This document shows, piece after piece, positions 10,158 to 22,314 of a DNA stretch of 64,000 nucleotides. The notes under the pieces are model-generated. The model ran no database searches. It saw only the letters and a program-made list of their open reading frames with translations, and was not told the origin of the DNA. Source of the stretch: an uncultured beta proteobacterium. GTDB lineage: Bacteria; Pseudomonadota; Gammaproteobacteria; Burkholderiales; SG8-39. Position numbers and translations under genes: made by a program. Every line of letters begins with the position of its first letter. Position 1 is the stretch's first letter. Location: positions 30,242-94,241 of the forward strand of contig CAWGCC010000017.1 in assembly GCA_963820965.1 (NCBI GenBank). The letters run 5' to 3'.

Positions 10158-11936
10158 TCACAGCATCGCCCGCCGGAAGTCGGCGAGCAGCTGCGCAAGG
10201 TAGCCGTTGAACCGTGCCGCCGACGCGCCGTCGATCACGCGGTGATCCCACGAGAGCGAGAGCGGTAGAACGAGCCGCGGGGCGAACTGCTTCCCATCCC
10301 ACACGGGCCGGGTCGCGGAGCGGCAGACACCGAGGATCGCCACCTCGGGGGCGTTGATGATCGGCGTGAAGTAGGTGCCGCCGATGCCGCCCAGGCTCGA
10401 GATCGAGAACGTGCCGCCCTGCATGTCGGCCGGTTTGAGCTTGCCGTCGCGCGCGAGCTTCGCAAGCTCCGCGGTCTCGGTCGCGATCTCCAGGATCCCC
10501 TTCTTGTCGGCGTCCCTGACCACCGGCACGACCAGGCCGCCCGGCGTGTCGGCGGCGAAGCCGATGTGCCAGTACTTCTTGACGACGATGGCCGCGCCGT
10601 CGGCGGCGAGCGAGCTGTTGAAGTCGGGGAACTTCCTGAGCGCCGCGACGCACGCCTTGATGAGGAAGGCGAGCATCGTCACCTTGACGCCGGACTTCTC
10701 GTTCTCCTTGTTGAGCTGCACCCGGAATGCCTCGAGCTCGGTGATGTCCGCGTCGTCGTGGTTGGTAACGTGCGGGATCATCACCCAGTTGCGATGCAGG
10801 GTCGGCCCGGAGATCTTCTTGATCCGCGGGAGCGGGACGGTTTCGACCGGCCCGAACTTGGCGAAGTCCACCTGCGGCCACGGCAACAGACCGAGCCCGG
10901 CGCCAGCCGCGGCAGCAGGAGCGGGCCCATGCGCCATCACACCTTTCACGAATGCCTGGACGTCGGACTGCAGGATGCGGTTCTTCGGCCCGCTGCCGCG
11001 GACCCTGGCGAGATCGACGCCGAGCTCGCGCGCGAACTTGCGCACCGAAGGGCTCGCGTGCGGCCTGCCCGCCGGCTCTGCCGCCGGCTCGATCGCGACC
11101 GGGGGCGGACGCGACGGTGCGGTGGCCGGCGCAGATGCCTCCGCCTTCGCTGCGGAGGCCGGAGGCGCTGCCGCCGGGGCTGCCGCCCTACTCGCCGGCG
11201 CGCCGCCGACCTCTTCGAGCACCAGGATCGGCGAGCCCTGCGAGACCTGGTCGCCGATCCTGATCAGGATCTCCTTCACCTTGCCCGCCGCCGGCGACGG
11301 GACTTCCATTGTCGCCTTGTCGCTCTCGAGCGTGACCAGCGACTGCTCGGGCTCGACCGAATCGCCGGGTTTCACCAGGATCTCGATGACGTCGACGCTC
11401 TTGAAATCGCCGATGTCGGGAACGTCGACCCGGCGGACGCCGCCCGGCGCGGCGGCCACGGTCGGCGGTTTCGCAGGCTCGGAGGGTGCTGACGCTTTCG
11501 CGGCTCCGGTGGTTGCGGCCGACTTCGCAACCTCGGTGGTTGCGGCCGACTTCGCGGCCTCGGTGGTTGCGGCCGACTTCGCGGCCTCGGTGGTTGCGGC
11601 CGACTTCGCGGCCTCGGTCGTTGCGGCCGACTTCGCGGCCTCGGTGGTTGCGGCCGACTTCGCGGCCTCGGTGGTTGCGGCCGACTTCGCGGCCTCGGCC
11701 GATTCGAGGACGAGGATCGCGCTGCCTTCGGACACTTTGTCCCCGACCTTGACGCGGACCTCCTTCACGACGCCCGCGGACGGCGACGGGATCTCCATCG
11801 TCGCCTTGTCGGACTCGAGCGTGACCAGCGACTGCTCCGGTTGCACCGTGTCGCCCGGCTTCACCAGGATCTCGATCACGTCGACGCTCTTGAAATCCCC
11901 GATGTCGGGGACGAAGACTTCCTTCATGGCGCCCAT
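10158..11936 (-). CDS. aceF: dihydrolipoyllysine-residue acetyltransferase (PDH E2)
   Basis: Two lipoyl domains (LESDKATMEIPS, LESDKATMEVPS), a subunit-binding domain (PSVRKFARELGVDL) and a catalytic domain with LSWDHRVIDGA. The start could instead be ATG 11927. Confidence 0.9.
   Translation of the reverse strand: MGAMKEVFVPDIGDFKSVDVIEILVKPGDTVQPEQSLVTLESDKATMEIPSPSAGVVKEVRVKVGDKVSEGSAILVLESAEAAKSAATTEAAKSAATTEAAKSAATTEAAKSAATTEAAKSAATTEAAKSAATTEVAKSAATTGAAKASAPSEPAKPPTVAAAPGGVRRVDVPDIGDFKSVDVIEILVKPGDSVEPEQSLVTLESDKATMEVPSPAAGKVKEILIRIGDQVSQGSPILVLEEVGGAPASRAAAPAAAPPASAAKAEASAPATAPSRPPPVAIEPAAEPAGRPHASPSVRKFARELGVDLARVRGSGPKNRILQSDVQAFVKGVMAHGPAPAAAAGAGLGLLPWPQVDFAKFGPVETVPLPRIKKISGPTLHRNWVMIPHVTNHDDADITELEAFRVQLNKENEKSGVKVTMLAFLIKACVAALRKFPDFNSSLAADGAAIVVKKYWHIGFAADTPGGLVVPVVRDADKKGILEIATETAELAKLARDGKLKPADMQGGTFSISSLGGIGGTYFTPIINAPEVAILGVCRSATRPVWDGKQFAPRLVLPLSLSWDHRVIDGASAARFNGYLAQLLADFRRAML
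11508..11696 (-). repeat. seven tandem copies of a 27-bp unit inside the aceF linker (encodes AAKSAATTE x7)
   Basis: Read directly. On the + strand, ggtggttgcggccgacttcgcggcctc repeats at 11508, 11535, 11562, 11589, 11616, 11643 and 11670 with only 2-3 substitutions overall. Confidence 0.9.
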
Positions 11937-11992
11937 GTCTTGTCGGGGGAGAGGCGTCGCATGTCGCGCTCGTCGTCCCCCTTCCCCTTTTG

Positions 11993-14707
<2,715 letters not shown>

Positions 14708-14919
14708 GGCCAGGAGACCTCCTTTTATTGGGCTGCTGCGGACGGCACGTGGTGTTTTCTTGTTTGGTTGGAAAGCTTAATCCACGCTCTGTGGCGCCGG
14801 CAATTTGAGGGCTCTGCGATCCGCCCGCACATTTTATATCGCGGAATGATGTTCCGGGTCATAGAACATGCACGGCGGTCGACTCCCCGGCCGGAGCGGG
14901 GAACCGCCCCTGTTACACT

Positions 14920-15804
14920 TTGTGGCCCTCCGCTCCATTTTCCAGTTTCCTCGTGGACACCCGCGTCATCGACGGCACCGCTCTGTCCAAACGCCTGCGT
15001 GGGGATCTGGCCGCCCGGGTCGAACAGCTTGCCGGGCGCGGCATCCGGCCGGGGCTCGCCGCGATCGAGGTTGGCGACGAGGTCGCGTCCAGGGTCTATG
15101 TGCGCAACAAGATCAAGGCATGCGCGGAGGTGGGTCTGCACTCGCAGCACTTCGCCCTCCCCGCGTCGACGACCGAAGCCGATCTGCTCGGAGCGGTTGC
15201 GCGGCTCAATGCCGACCCGTCCATTCACGGCATCCTGGTGCAGCTGCCGCTCCCCGCGCATATCGCGGCGGCGCGCATCCTGGACGCGGTCGCGCCGGCG
15301 AAGGACGTGGACTGCTTCCACCCGGAGAACGTCGGCCGGCTCGCGTCGGGCCAGCCGCGCTTCATCCCTTGCACACCGGCCGCCGTGCTGGCAATGCTCG
15401 ACGCGGAGGGCGTGAACCCCTGGGCCAAACACGCGGTGGTGGTAGGGGCAAGCAACATCGTCGGCAAGCCGCTCGCGCTGCTCCTCTTGCAGGAGGGCGC
15501 CACGATCACCATCTGCAACTCCAAGACGCCCGATCTCGCGGCGCATACCGCGCGCGCCGACATCCTCGTCGCCGCCGTCGGCCGGCCGAAACTGGTGACC
15601 GGGAAGATGGTCAAAGCGGGCGCTGCCGTGATCGACGTCGGCATCAACCGCCTTTCCGACGGCAAGCTCGCCGGCGATTGCGATTTCGAGAGCCTACTTG
15701 GCGTCGCCGGCGTCGCGACACCGGTGCCGGGCGGTGTCGGTCCGATGACGATCACCATGCTGCTCGCCAACACCGTCCGCGCCGCTGAACTTCAGCCCAG
15801 ATGA
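14920..15804 (+). CDS. folD: bifunctional methylenetetrahydrofolate dehydrogenase/cyclohydrolase
   Basis: Contains [12 protein letters not shown]..., GILVQLPLP and [17 protein letters not shown]. The true start may be the in-frame GTG at 14953. Confidence 0.9.
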   Translation: MWPSAPFSSFLVDTRVIDGTALSKRLRGDLAARVEQLAGRGIRPGLAAIEVGDEVASRVYVRNKIKACAEVGLHSQHFALPASTTEADLLGAVARLNADPSIHGILVQLPLPAHIAAARILDAVAPAKDVDCFHPENVGRLASGQPRFIPCTPAAVLAMLDAEGVNPWAKHAVVVGASNIVGKPLALLLLQEGATITICNSKTPDLAAHTARADILVAAVGRPKLVTGKMVKAGAAVIDVGINRLSDGKLAGDCDFESLLGVAGVATPVPGGVGPMTITMLLANTVRAAELQPR

Positions 15805-16361
15805 CCAAAGCGCTCCTGCTCGTCGACGTGCAAAACGACTACTTCCCGGGCGGGGCAATGCCGCTCGTGGACATGGATCGCGCCGCGGCCAATGCGGCGC
15901 GGCTACTCGCCGCGTTCCGGGAGCGCGGGCTGCCGGTCGTTCACGTGCGCCACCTGTCGGTTCGCCCTGGCGCGACGCTCTTCCTGCGCGGAACGACCGG
16001 CGCCGAGATCCACGCGGCGGTGACGCCCCGTGCCGGCGAACCGGTCGTCGAGAAGAACTTCCCCAACGCGTTCCGCGCGACCGACCTCGAGTCGCGGCTC
16101 CGCGCCGCGGGCGCAGAGCATCTCGTCATCGCCGGTGCCATGAGCCACATGTGCATCGACGCGACCGCGCGCGCCGCGTTCGACCACGGCTTCAAGTGCA
16201 CGGTTGCCGAGGACGCCTGCGCGACACGCGGCCTCGAGTTCGCCGGCCGCTCGTTGCCCGCACGCGACGTGCACGCGGCGTTCATGGCCGCGCTCGCCGC
16301 ACCCTACGCGAAGATCGCCTCGGCCGAAGCGTGCGTCGCTTCGCTCGCCGCGGCCGAATAG
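15801..16361 (+). CDS. isochorismatase-family cysteine hydrolase
   Basis: [18 protein letters not shown]... and [16 protein letters not shown] (catalytic Cys context). ATGA overlap with the folD stop. Confidence 0.8.
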   Translation: MTKALLLVDVQNDYFPGGAMPLVDMDRAAANAARLLAAFRERGLPVVHVRHLSVRPGATLFLRGTTGAEIHAAVTPRAGEPVVEKNFPNAFRATDLESRLRAAGAEHLVIAGAMSHMCIDATARAAFDHGFKCTVAEDACATRGLEFAGRSLPARDVHAAFMAALAAPYAKIASAEACVASLAAAE

Positions 16362-16379
16362 GACCGCAAGGAGATTCCC

Positions 16380-18518
16380 ATGCAGATGGACGCGAACCCG
16401 CTCCTCGACTTCTCGGGGCTGCCGCGTTTCGCCGCGGTGAAGCCCGAGCACATCGCGCCGGCGATCGACCAGCTGCTCGCCGACAATCGCGCGTTGATCG
16501 ACGAGCTGACGCGGCCCGATACGCCGGTTACGTGGGCCGGCTTCGCGCAGCCGCTCGAGGACGCGAACGAGCGGCTCGGTCGTGCCTGGGGCGTCGTCGG
16601 GCACCTGCATGCGGTGCTCGACTCGCCGGAGCTCCGCGAGGCGTACAAGGCGAACCAGCCGAAAGTCGTGCAGTACTGGACGGCCCTCGGTCAGAACCTC
16701 GCGCTCTTCGAGAAATACAAGGCGCTCCGCGGGGGACCCGACTTCGAGCGGCTGACGCGCGCGCAGCAGAAGATCGTCGAGAACGAGATCCGCGACTTCC
16801 GGCTGTCGGGGGCGGAGCTCGCGCCCGACTGCAAGGTACGCTACGCCGGGATCCAGGAGGAATCGGCGAAGCTCGCGACGCGGTTCGCCGAAAACGCGCT
16901 CGACGCGACTAACGCGTTCGCGGTGCACGTCGAGGACCGCGCGGCGCTTGCGGGCATTCCCGACGACGTGCTCGAGGCCGCACGCGCCGCGGCAGAGCAG
17001 GACGGCAGGCGCGGGTGGAAGCTCGTGTTGCACGCGCCGTGCTATGTGCCGGTGATGCAGTACGCGGAGAACCGCGCGTTGCGCGAGATCATGTACCGCG
17101 GGTCCGTCACGCGTGCATCGGACGAGTTCGCGGGAGCGTTCGCGGCGAAAGCCGAGTTCGAGCGCCGCACGAACGGCCGGCCGGCGGCCGAGCCGACGGC
17201 CGCCGAGGCGATCGCAGCCTGGGACAACACGCCGCTGATCGCGAGCATCCTTGCGATGCGGCAGGAGGCGGCGCGGCTCCTCGGCTACGCGACGTTCGCC
17301 GAAGTGTCGCTGGTGCCGAAGATGGCGGAGACGCCACGGCATGTGCTCGACTTCCTGGAGGACCTCGCGGCCAAGGCACGGCCGTACGCCGAGCGCGACT
17401 GGGCGGAGCTCAACGCGTTCGCCGCCGCCGAGCTCGGGCTCGAGCGCGTCGAGGCCTGGGACTTCGCGTTCGCGTCCGAGCGGCTGCGGCAGGCGCGTTA
17501 CGCTTTCTCGGACCAGGAGGTGAAGCAGTACTTCCCGGAGCCGAGAGTGCTCGCCGGCATGTTCCGCCTCGTCGAGACCCTTTACGGCATCCGCATCGAC
17601 GAGGACCGGGCCGAGACCTGGGATCCCGCGGTGCGCTTCTTCCGCATCACGGACGCCGCGAGCGAGCTCGTCGGCCGGTTCTATCTCGATCCCTACGCGC
17701 GCCCGACGAAGCGCGGCGGCGCCTGGATGGACGAGGCGATGACCCGGCGGCTCACGCACCACGGCCTGCAATCGCCCGTTGCCTACCTCGTGTGCAACTT
17801 CTCGGCGCCGGTCGGCGGGAAACCGGCGCTGCTCACGCACGACGACGTGCTGACCCTCTTCCACGAGTTCGGCCACGGGCTGCACCACCTGCTCACCAAG
17901 ATCGAGTCGCTCGGCGTGTCGGGGATCCGCGGCGTCGAATGGGACGCGGTCGAGCTCCCAAGCCAGTTCATGGAGAATTTCTGCTGGGAGTGGGACGTGG
18001 TGCAGCACATGTCGGCCCACGTCGACACCGGCGCACCGCTGCCGCGCGCGCTCTTCGACCGGATGCTGGCGGCGAGGAATTTCCAGTCGGGGATGCAGAC
18101 CCTGCGCCAGCTCGAGTTCGCGCTGTTCGACATGCATCTGCACGCCGATTTCGATCCGGTCGGCGCGAAGACCTCGCTCGAATTGCTCGACGAAGTACGC
18201 CGCAAGGTCGCGGTCGCGATACCGCCGGCGTACAACCGCTTCCCCAACACTTTCTCGCACATCTTTGCCGGGGGCTACAGCGCGGGCTACTACAGCTACA
18301 AGTGGGCAGAGGTGCTCTCGGCCGACGCGTACAGCCTGTTCGAGGAGAAGGGCGTGCTCGACGCCGCGACCGGCGCGCGATTCCGCGACGAGATCCTCGC
18401 CGTCGGCGGCAGCCGGCCGGCGATCGAGTCGTTCCGGGCGTTTCGCGGCCGCGAGCCGACCGTCGAGGCGCTCCTGCGGCACAGCGGGATGACGGGGGCT
18501 CCGGCCGCACCCGCATAG
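16380..18518 (+). CDS. prlC: oligopeptidase A (M3 family)
   Basis: 712 aa with the zinc motif HEFGHGLHH. Confidence 0.9.
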   Translation: MQMDANPLLDFSGLPRFAAVKPEHIAPAIDQLLADNRALIDELTRPDTPVTWAGFAQPLEDANERLGRAWGVVGHLHAVLDSPELREAYKANQPKVVQYWTALGQNLALFEKYKALRGGPDFERLTRAQQKIVENEIRDFRLSGAELAPDCKVRYAGIQEESAKLATRFAENALDATNAFAVHVEDRAALAGIPDDVLEAARAAAEQDGRRGWKLVLHAPCYVPVMQYAENRALREIMYRGSVTRASDEFAGAFAAKAEFERRTNGRPAAEPTAAEAIAAWDNTPLIASILAMRQEAARLLGYATFAEVSLVPKMAETPRHVLDFLEDLAAKARPYAERDWAELNAFAAAELGLERVEAWDFAFASERLRQARYAFSDQEVKQYFPEPRVLAGMFRLVETLYGIRIDEDRAETWDPAVRFFRITDAASELVGRFYLDPYARPTKRGGAWMDEAMTRRLTHHGLQSPVAYLVCNFSAPVGGKPALLTHDDVLTLFHEFGHGLHHLLTKIESLGVSGIRGVEWDAVELPSQFMENFCWEWDVVQHMSAHVDTGAPLPRALFDRMLAARNFQSGMQTLRQLEFALFDMHLHADFDPVGAKTSLELLDEVRRKVAVAIPPAYNRFPNTFSHIFAGGYSAGYYSYKWAEVLSADAYSLFEEKGVLDAATGARFRDEILAVGGSRPAIESFRAFRGREPTVEALLRHSGMTGAPAAPA

Positions 18519-18619
18519 GCGTGCACTTTTACGCATCGGCCGCCGCCCGAGGGGCCCGGCCGAGAGGCCGGTGCTATCATGCCTTCGTCATGTCCGCAGC
18601 AGGGACGAGGGGGTTCGAC

Positions 18620-19210
18620 ATGAGAAGGCTCGCGATCGCCGTGGCCGCGATGCTCGTCGCCGCGACCGCCGGCGCGCAGATGTACCGCTGGGCCGACAAG
18701 GACGGCAAGGTTCATTACACCGACACGCCGCCACCCGGCTCTGCCAGGGGTGTCCAGAAGCGGGCGGGCCCGCCCGCTCCGGCCGAGGCGGGTCCTGCGG
18801 CCCCCTATGCCGTTCAGCAGGCCGCCAGAAACTTCCCTGTCGTCGTATACACCGCGCCAAACTGCGGGCAGCCATGCACCGACGGCAAGGCGTTGCTCGC
18901 CGCGCGCGGCGTTCCCTATCGCGAGATCGAGGTCGGACCCGGCAGCGGTCTGACCGCCGAAGATCTGAAGAAGGTTACCGGCGGCGACACGGTCCCGGTG
19001 ATATTCGTGGGACGGAGCACGACCCGCGGATTCGAGACCGAGATGTGGCACGGCGCGCTCGACGCCGGGGGCTACCCGCGCAGCGCGCCGCCGCTCTCCG
19101 CGCAAGCACAGAAGGCTGCGGCGGCGCCCCCCGCGAAAGCAGACGCGCCACAAGCGCAACCCGCACCCCAAGAGCCCGAAAAGCCGAAGGGCAGGTACGC
19201 GCCGCAATAG
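18620..19210 (+). CDS. DUF4124 domain plus glutaredoxin-like domain protein
   Basis: This is the last 196 codons of the spurious 731-aa ORF 17015..19210. It has a signal peptide MRRLAIAVAAMLVAATAGAQ, a DUF4124 motif MYRWADKDGKVHYTDTPP, a Grx-like region VVVYTAPNCGQPCTDGKALLAARGVPYREIEV...TVPVIFVG, and an Ala/Pro/Gln-rich tail. Confidence 0.7.
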   Translation: MRRLAIAVAAMLVAATAGAQMYRWADKDGKVHYTDTPPPGSARGVQKRAGPPAPAEAGPAAPYAVQQAARNFPVVVYTAPNCGQPCTDGKALLAARGVPYREIEVGPGSGLTAEDLKKVTGGDTVPVIFVGRSTTRGFETEMWHGALDAGGYPRSAPPLSAQAQKAAAAPPAKADAPQAQPAPQEPEKPKGRYAPQ

Positions 19211-19401
19211 CGGTCTTGCCCGACCCGGCGCCGGGCTCGCTTCCACTCGCGCGGAAATCGCGCAGCGGCCAGAACGGTTACCCGTCCGTGCGCGGCGCCC
19301 ACCGCAAGCGGCGCGGCGTCGGCGCGAGCACGCAATCCTCGACCCACGGTTGTCCCGAGGCTGCCTACGCCTCGAGGGCAGCCCCGATCACGACGGTGCA
19401 C

Positions 19402-19668
19402 TCAACTCCGGCGCAAGCCGCCCTCGGGCAATGCGACGTCGACCTTGAGGACATCGATGCTGTCGTGCCGCTCGAGGGTCACTTTCAGCGCTTCCTTGTC
19501 GATCGACGTGTACTTGCAGATCACCGCGATCAATTCCTCCTTGAGCGCGCTGACGATGTCTCCCTTGCCCGATCGCGCCGCCCGCTCGTGGGCCAGAATA
19601 AACGACAGACGCTCTTTGGCAATCGGCGCCGAGGGCCGCTTCTTGAACAGGATATCCAGCAACGACAC
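19402..19668 (-). CDS. minE: cell division topological specificity factor
   Basis: MSLLDILFKKRPSAPIAKERLSFILAHERA... is typical of MinE. Confidence 0.9.
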   Translation of the reverse strand: MSLLDILFKKRPSAPIAKERLSFILAHERAARSGKGDIVSALKEELIAVICKYTSIDKEALKVTLERHDSIDVLKVDVALPEGGLRRS

Positions 19669-19670
19669 GG

Positions 19671-20483
19671 TTAGCCTCCGAACAGCCGCTTCCAGAACGG
19701 CGCCGACTCGGGTTCAGTGAATCGCAGCGGGCGCTCTTCGCCGAGGTAGCGCGCCACCATGTCGTCGAAGGCGAGCGCCACGGGCGAGCCGTTCGCGAGA
19801 ATGACCGGCGTTCCCCGGTTCGAGCAATCGAGCACTTGCTCGGATTCCGGGATCAACCCGAGGATCGGCAGACTCAGCAGCTCGGCCACATCGGTGTGCG
19901 AGAGCATCTCGCCCTTGTCGGCACGCTTGGGCAGGTAGCGCGTGATGACAAGGTGCTCCTTGACCGGCTCCTCGCCCCGTTCGGCGCGCAGCGACCTTGC
20001 TCCGATGATGCCGAGCATGCGGTCGGCATCGCGCACCGCAGACACCTCGGGGTTGGTCACGATGAGCGCCTCGTCGGCGAAGCGCAGCGCCATCAAGGCA
20101 CCGGTCTCTATGCCGGCAGGCGAATCGCAGATGATGTACTCGAAGCCCATTTCCTTCAGATCGTCCAGCACCTGCTTCACGCCCTCCTCCTTGAGCGCCT
20201 CCTTGTCCTTCGTCTGAGAGGCGGCGAGGATCGACAGATTCTCGCTGTGCTTGTCGCGCACCAGCGCCTGCGTCAGCTTGGCATCGCCCTGGATGACGTT
20301 CACGAAGTCGTAGACGACGCGGCGCTCGCAGCCGAGGATGAGATCGAGGTTGCGGAGCCCGATATCGAAATCGATGACGGCGGTCTTCTTTTGGCGGTTC
20401 GCAAGACCCGTCGCGAAGCTCGCGCTCGTGGTGGTCTTGCCCACGCCACCCTTGCCTGAGGTGACGACGATGACTTTAGCCAC
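19671..20483 (-). CDS. minD: septum site-determining ATPase
   Basis: Start moved to the GTG at 20483 (VAKVIVVTSGKGGVGKTT), with AGGAGA upstream. Deviant Walker A motif. Confidence 0.9.
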   Translation of the reverse strand: MAKVIVVTSGKGGVGKTTTSASFATGLANRQKKTAVIDFDIGLRNLDLILGCERRVVYDFVNVIQGDAKLTQALVRDKHSENLSILAASQTKDKEALKEEGVKQVLDDLKEMGFEYIICDSPAGIETGALMALRFADEALIVTNPEVSAVRDADRMLGIIGARSLRAERGEEPVKEHLVITRYLPKRADKGEMLSHTDVAELLSLPILGLIPESEQVLDCSNRGTPVILANGSPVALAFDDMVARYLGEERPLRFTEPESAPFWKRLFGG

Positions 20484-20523
20484 GCGGGTAGGTCTCCTAT
20501 CAAGCTCTCGGAAGGAAGTGAGA

Positions 20524-21264
20524 TCAAACGAGTCGAAGCAGGAGACGTTCGCTTCCTTCCTCATCGAACGTCAATGCGACGGTCACGGCGCCGTCCCCGA
20601 GTTCTGCAATGTCCGCGGCCTCCAGTGTGCGGTAGACACCTGCGACGGCGACGAGCTCGGCATCGAGCCGCGTCGCGATGATGCGCGCGCCCTTGTCGCC
20701 GCCCGCGCCGGCAAGCGCTCGGCCGCGCAGCAGGCCGAAGGCATAGATCGAGCCGTCGGCGATCAGCTCGGCGCCGCGGCTGGTCGGCGCGAGCACGAGC
20801 AGGTCGCGGCCCTGCGCATAGATGCGCTGGCCGGAGCGCACCGGCTGCGTCACGCATAGCGGTGCGGGCGGGCCGACTCGTGCCGGCGCCACGCCCTGCT
20901 CGGGCCTGGGCCTCGACGATGCTTCGATCGCCCCGGGCGCCGGCCGCTCGCCGATCAACGGCGACTCGATGATCGGCAGGTCGGCCTCGGCGAGGTCTGC
21001 TCGCATCCTGCTTTCCCCGATCAAGACCGCCGCCAGCCGCACGCCGGCGCCCCGCACCGCCGTGACGATCTCCCCCGGTCCAGTACCGTCGACGGTACGC
21101 TCGCGCAGATCGAGCACGGCTAACGCATCGGTCAGCAGCGGCCGCGCATTAGCGACCGCGGTAGCCATTTCTTCGCCGAGCAATTGCGGATGGCAATCGC
21201 GCACTACGACGCGGAGGACAGGGAGAGCGCTACCTTTGATCTCGACAGCGCGTCGCGGTCTCAT
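20524..21264 (-). CDS. minC: septum site-determining protein MinC
   Basis: Start moved to MRPRRAVEIKGS (ATG 21264). The C-terminal beta-helix motif is ELIADGSIYAFGLLRGRALAGAGGDKGARIIATRLDAELVAVAG. Confidence 0.85.
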   Translation of the reverse strand: MRPRRAVEIKGSALPVLRVVVRDCHPQLLGEEMATAVANARPLLTDALAVLDLRERTVDGTGPGEIVTAVRGAGVRLAAVLIGESRMRADLAEADLPIIESPLIGERPAPGAIEASSRPRPEQGVAPARVGPPAPLCVTQPVRSGQRIYAQGRDLLVLAPTSRGAELIADGSIYAFGLLRGRALAGAGGDKGARIIATRLDAELVAVAGVYRTLEAADIAELGDGAVTVALTFDEEGSERLLLRLV

Positions 21265-21466
21265 CGATGCCGGCACCCTGGCTCGATGCCCGGCAGGCCC
21301 ACCAAACTGGTCACGCGCGCGGACCCCCGACCCTTGGCAAACACGACCAGTCGCTCCCAGCTCCGATCGCGCAATTGCAACGCTGCGCAGTATAACGCTG
21401 CGTTTTGTCCCACAACAACAAGATTTTGGGGCCTTGAGACCCCGAACTACAAGATCTAGGGGTAGC

Positions 21467-21790
21467 GCGATCCATGTTTCCGACGAGCTCTTCCACGCGC
21501 TCGAGCGCATCGCCAGCGAACCGGCGCGCGTCTACCACGGCCGCGACGCCGGCGGTGAGGCGATCCACAAGCCCAAGGGGCCGCGCAGCGTCGCCACGGT
21601 CAACCGCTACCGCGCCTCGATCTCGGCCGTCTTCGCCTGGGCGATCAAGCGCCGGCGCGCGCCGAAGGGTTGGGAGAACCCTGCCCGGCGCCTCGAGCGA
21701 GAGCCGGAAAAGAACGGCCGCGTTCGGTTCCTCGACGACGCTGAGCGCGAGCGCCTCCTCGCCGTCTGCAAGCGCTCGCGCTGCGGACTG
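21467..21790 (+). pseudogene. fragment of a phage-type tyrosine integrase (N-terminal SAM-like/arm region only)
   Basis: One frame of ORF 20822..22543 reads ...SVATVNRYRASISAVFAWAIKRRRAPKGWENPARRLEREPEKNGRVRFLDDAERERLLAVCKRSR. Recognisable sequence is lost after that. No catalytic R..HxxR..Y domain follows. Confidence 0.55.
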
Positions 21791-21838
21791 CGGTTCGACG
21801 TGCTGACCAGGACGTGGGGTGCGCCCGCGCGCGGTGCC

Positions 21839-22150
21839 TCACGCGGGGGACTCGCCTGGCCGCGGTCTCCGCTTCCGGAGTACCAGGCGGTTCCGTTCCT
21901 CGATGCGCTCGTAGCGGACGTCGTCCATCAAGCGGCGGACGAGATGGATTCCGAGGCCGCCGGCCGAGCGCTCGCCGAGCTCCGCGTCGAGATCCGGTTG
22001 CGGGTAGGCGAGCGGATCGAATGGCGGCCCGTCGTCCTCCACCGTGAGCGTCACGGTGTCCGGCTCGACCGCGAGCGCGATGCAGATCTCGTGCTCCCGT
22101 CCGTCGCGCAACCCATGCCGGACGATGTTGCTCAGGACCTCGTCGAGCAC
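21839..22150 (-). CDS. RsbW/SpoIIAB-like anti-sigma regulatory factor (HATPase_c Ser kinase), N-terminally interrupted
   Basis: Contains LDEVLSNIVRHG (N-box), VEDDGPPFDP and GGLGIHLVRRLMDDVRYER. An in-frame TGA lies 7 codons upstream of the GTG. The likely N-terminus lies in another frame (22298..~22165). Confidence 0.7.
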   Translation of the reverse strand: MLDEVLSNIVRHGLRDGREHEICIALAVEPDTVTLTVEDDGPPFDPLAYPQPDLDAELGERSAGGLGIHLVRRLMDDVRYERIEERNRLVLRKRRPRPGESPA

Positions 22151-22314
22151 GACGTCGAGGTCGGGTCGTCAGGGCGGGTCCGAGGGACCACGTGCGCACC
22201 AGCGTGCCCGCCATCTCTCTGGTGCGACGGAGGTCTTCGTCACGCCCGGTCAGCCCGGTCGCGCGCGAGGCCACGTGCTCTCGGAGGCGCCCGCTCACGC
22301 AGTGTCCCGGCGGC

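Noticed and set aside
11508-11696. Regularly spaced 27-bp repeats, a possible CRISPR array.
   Set aside because: The units are contiguous with no spacers. They lie inside the aceF reading frame and encode the Ala/Ser/Thr-rich inter-domain linker.
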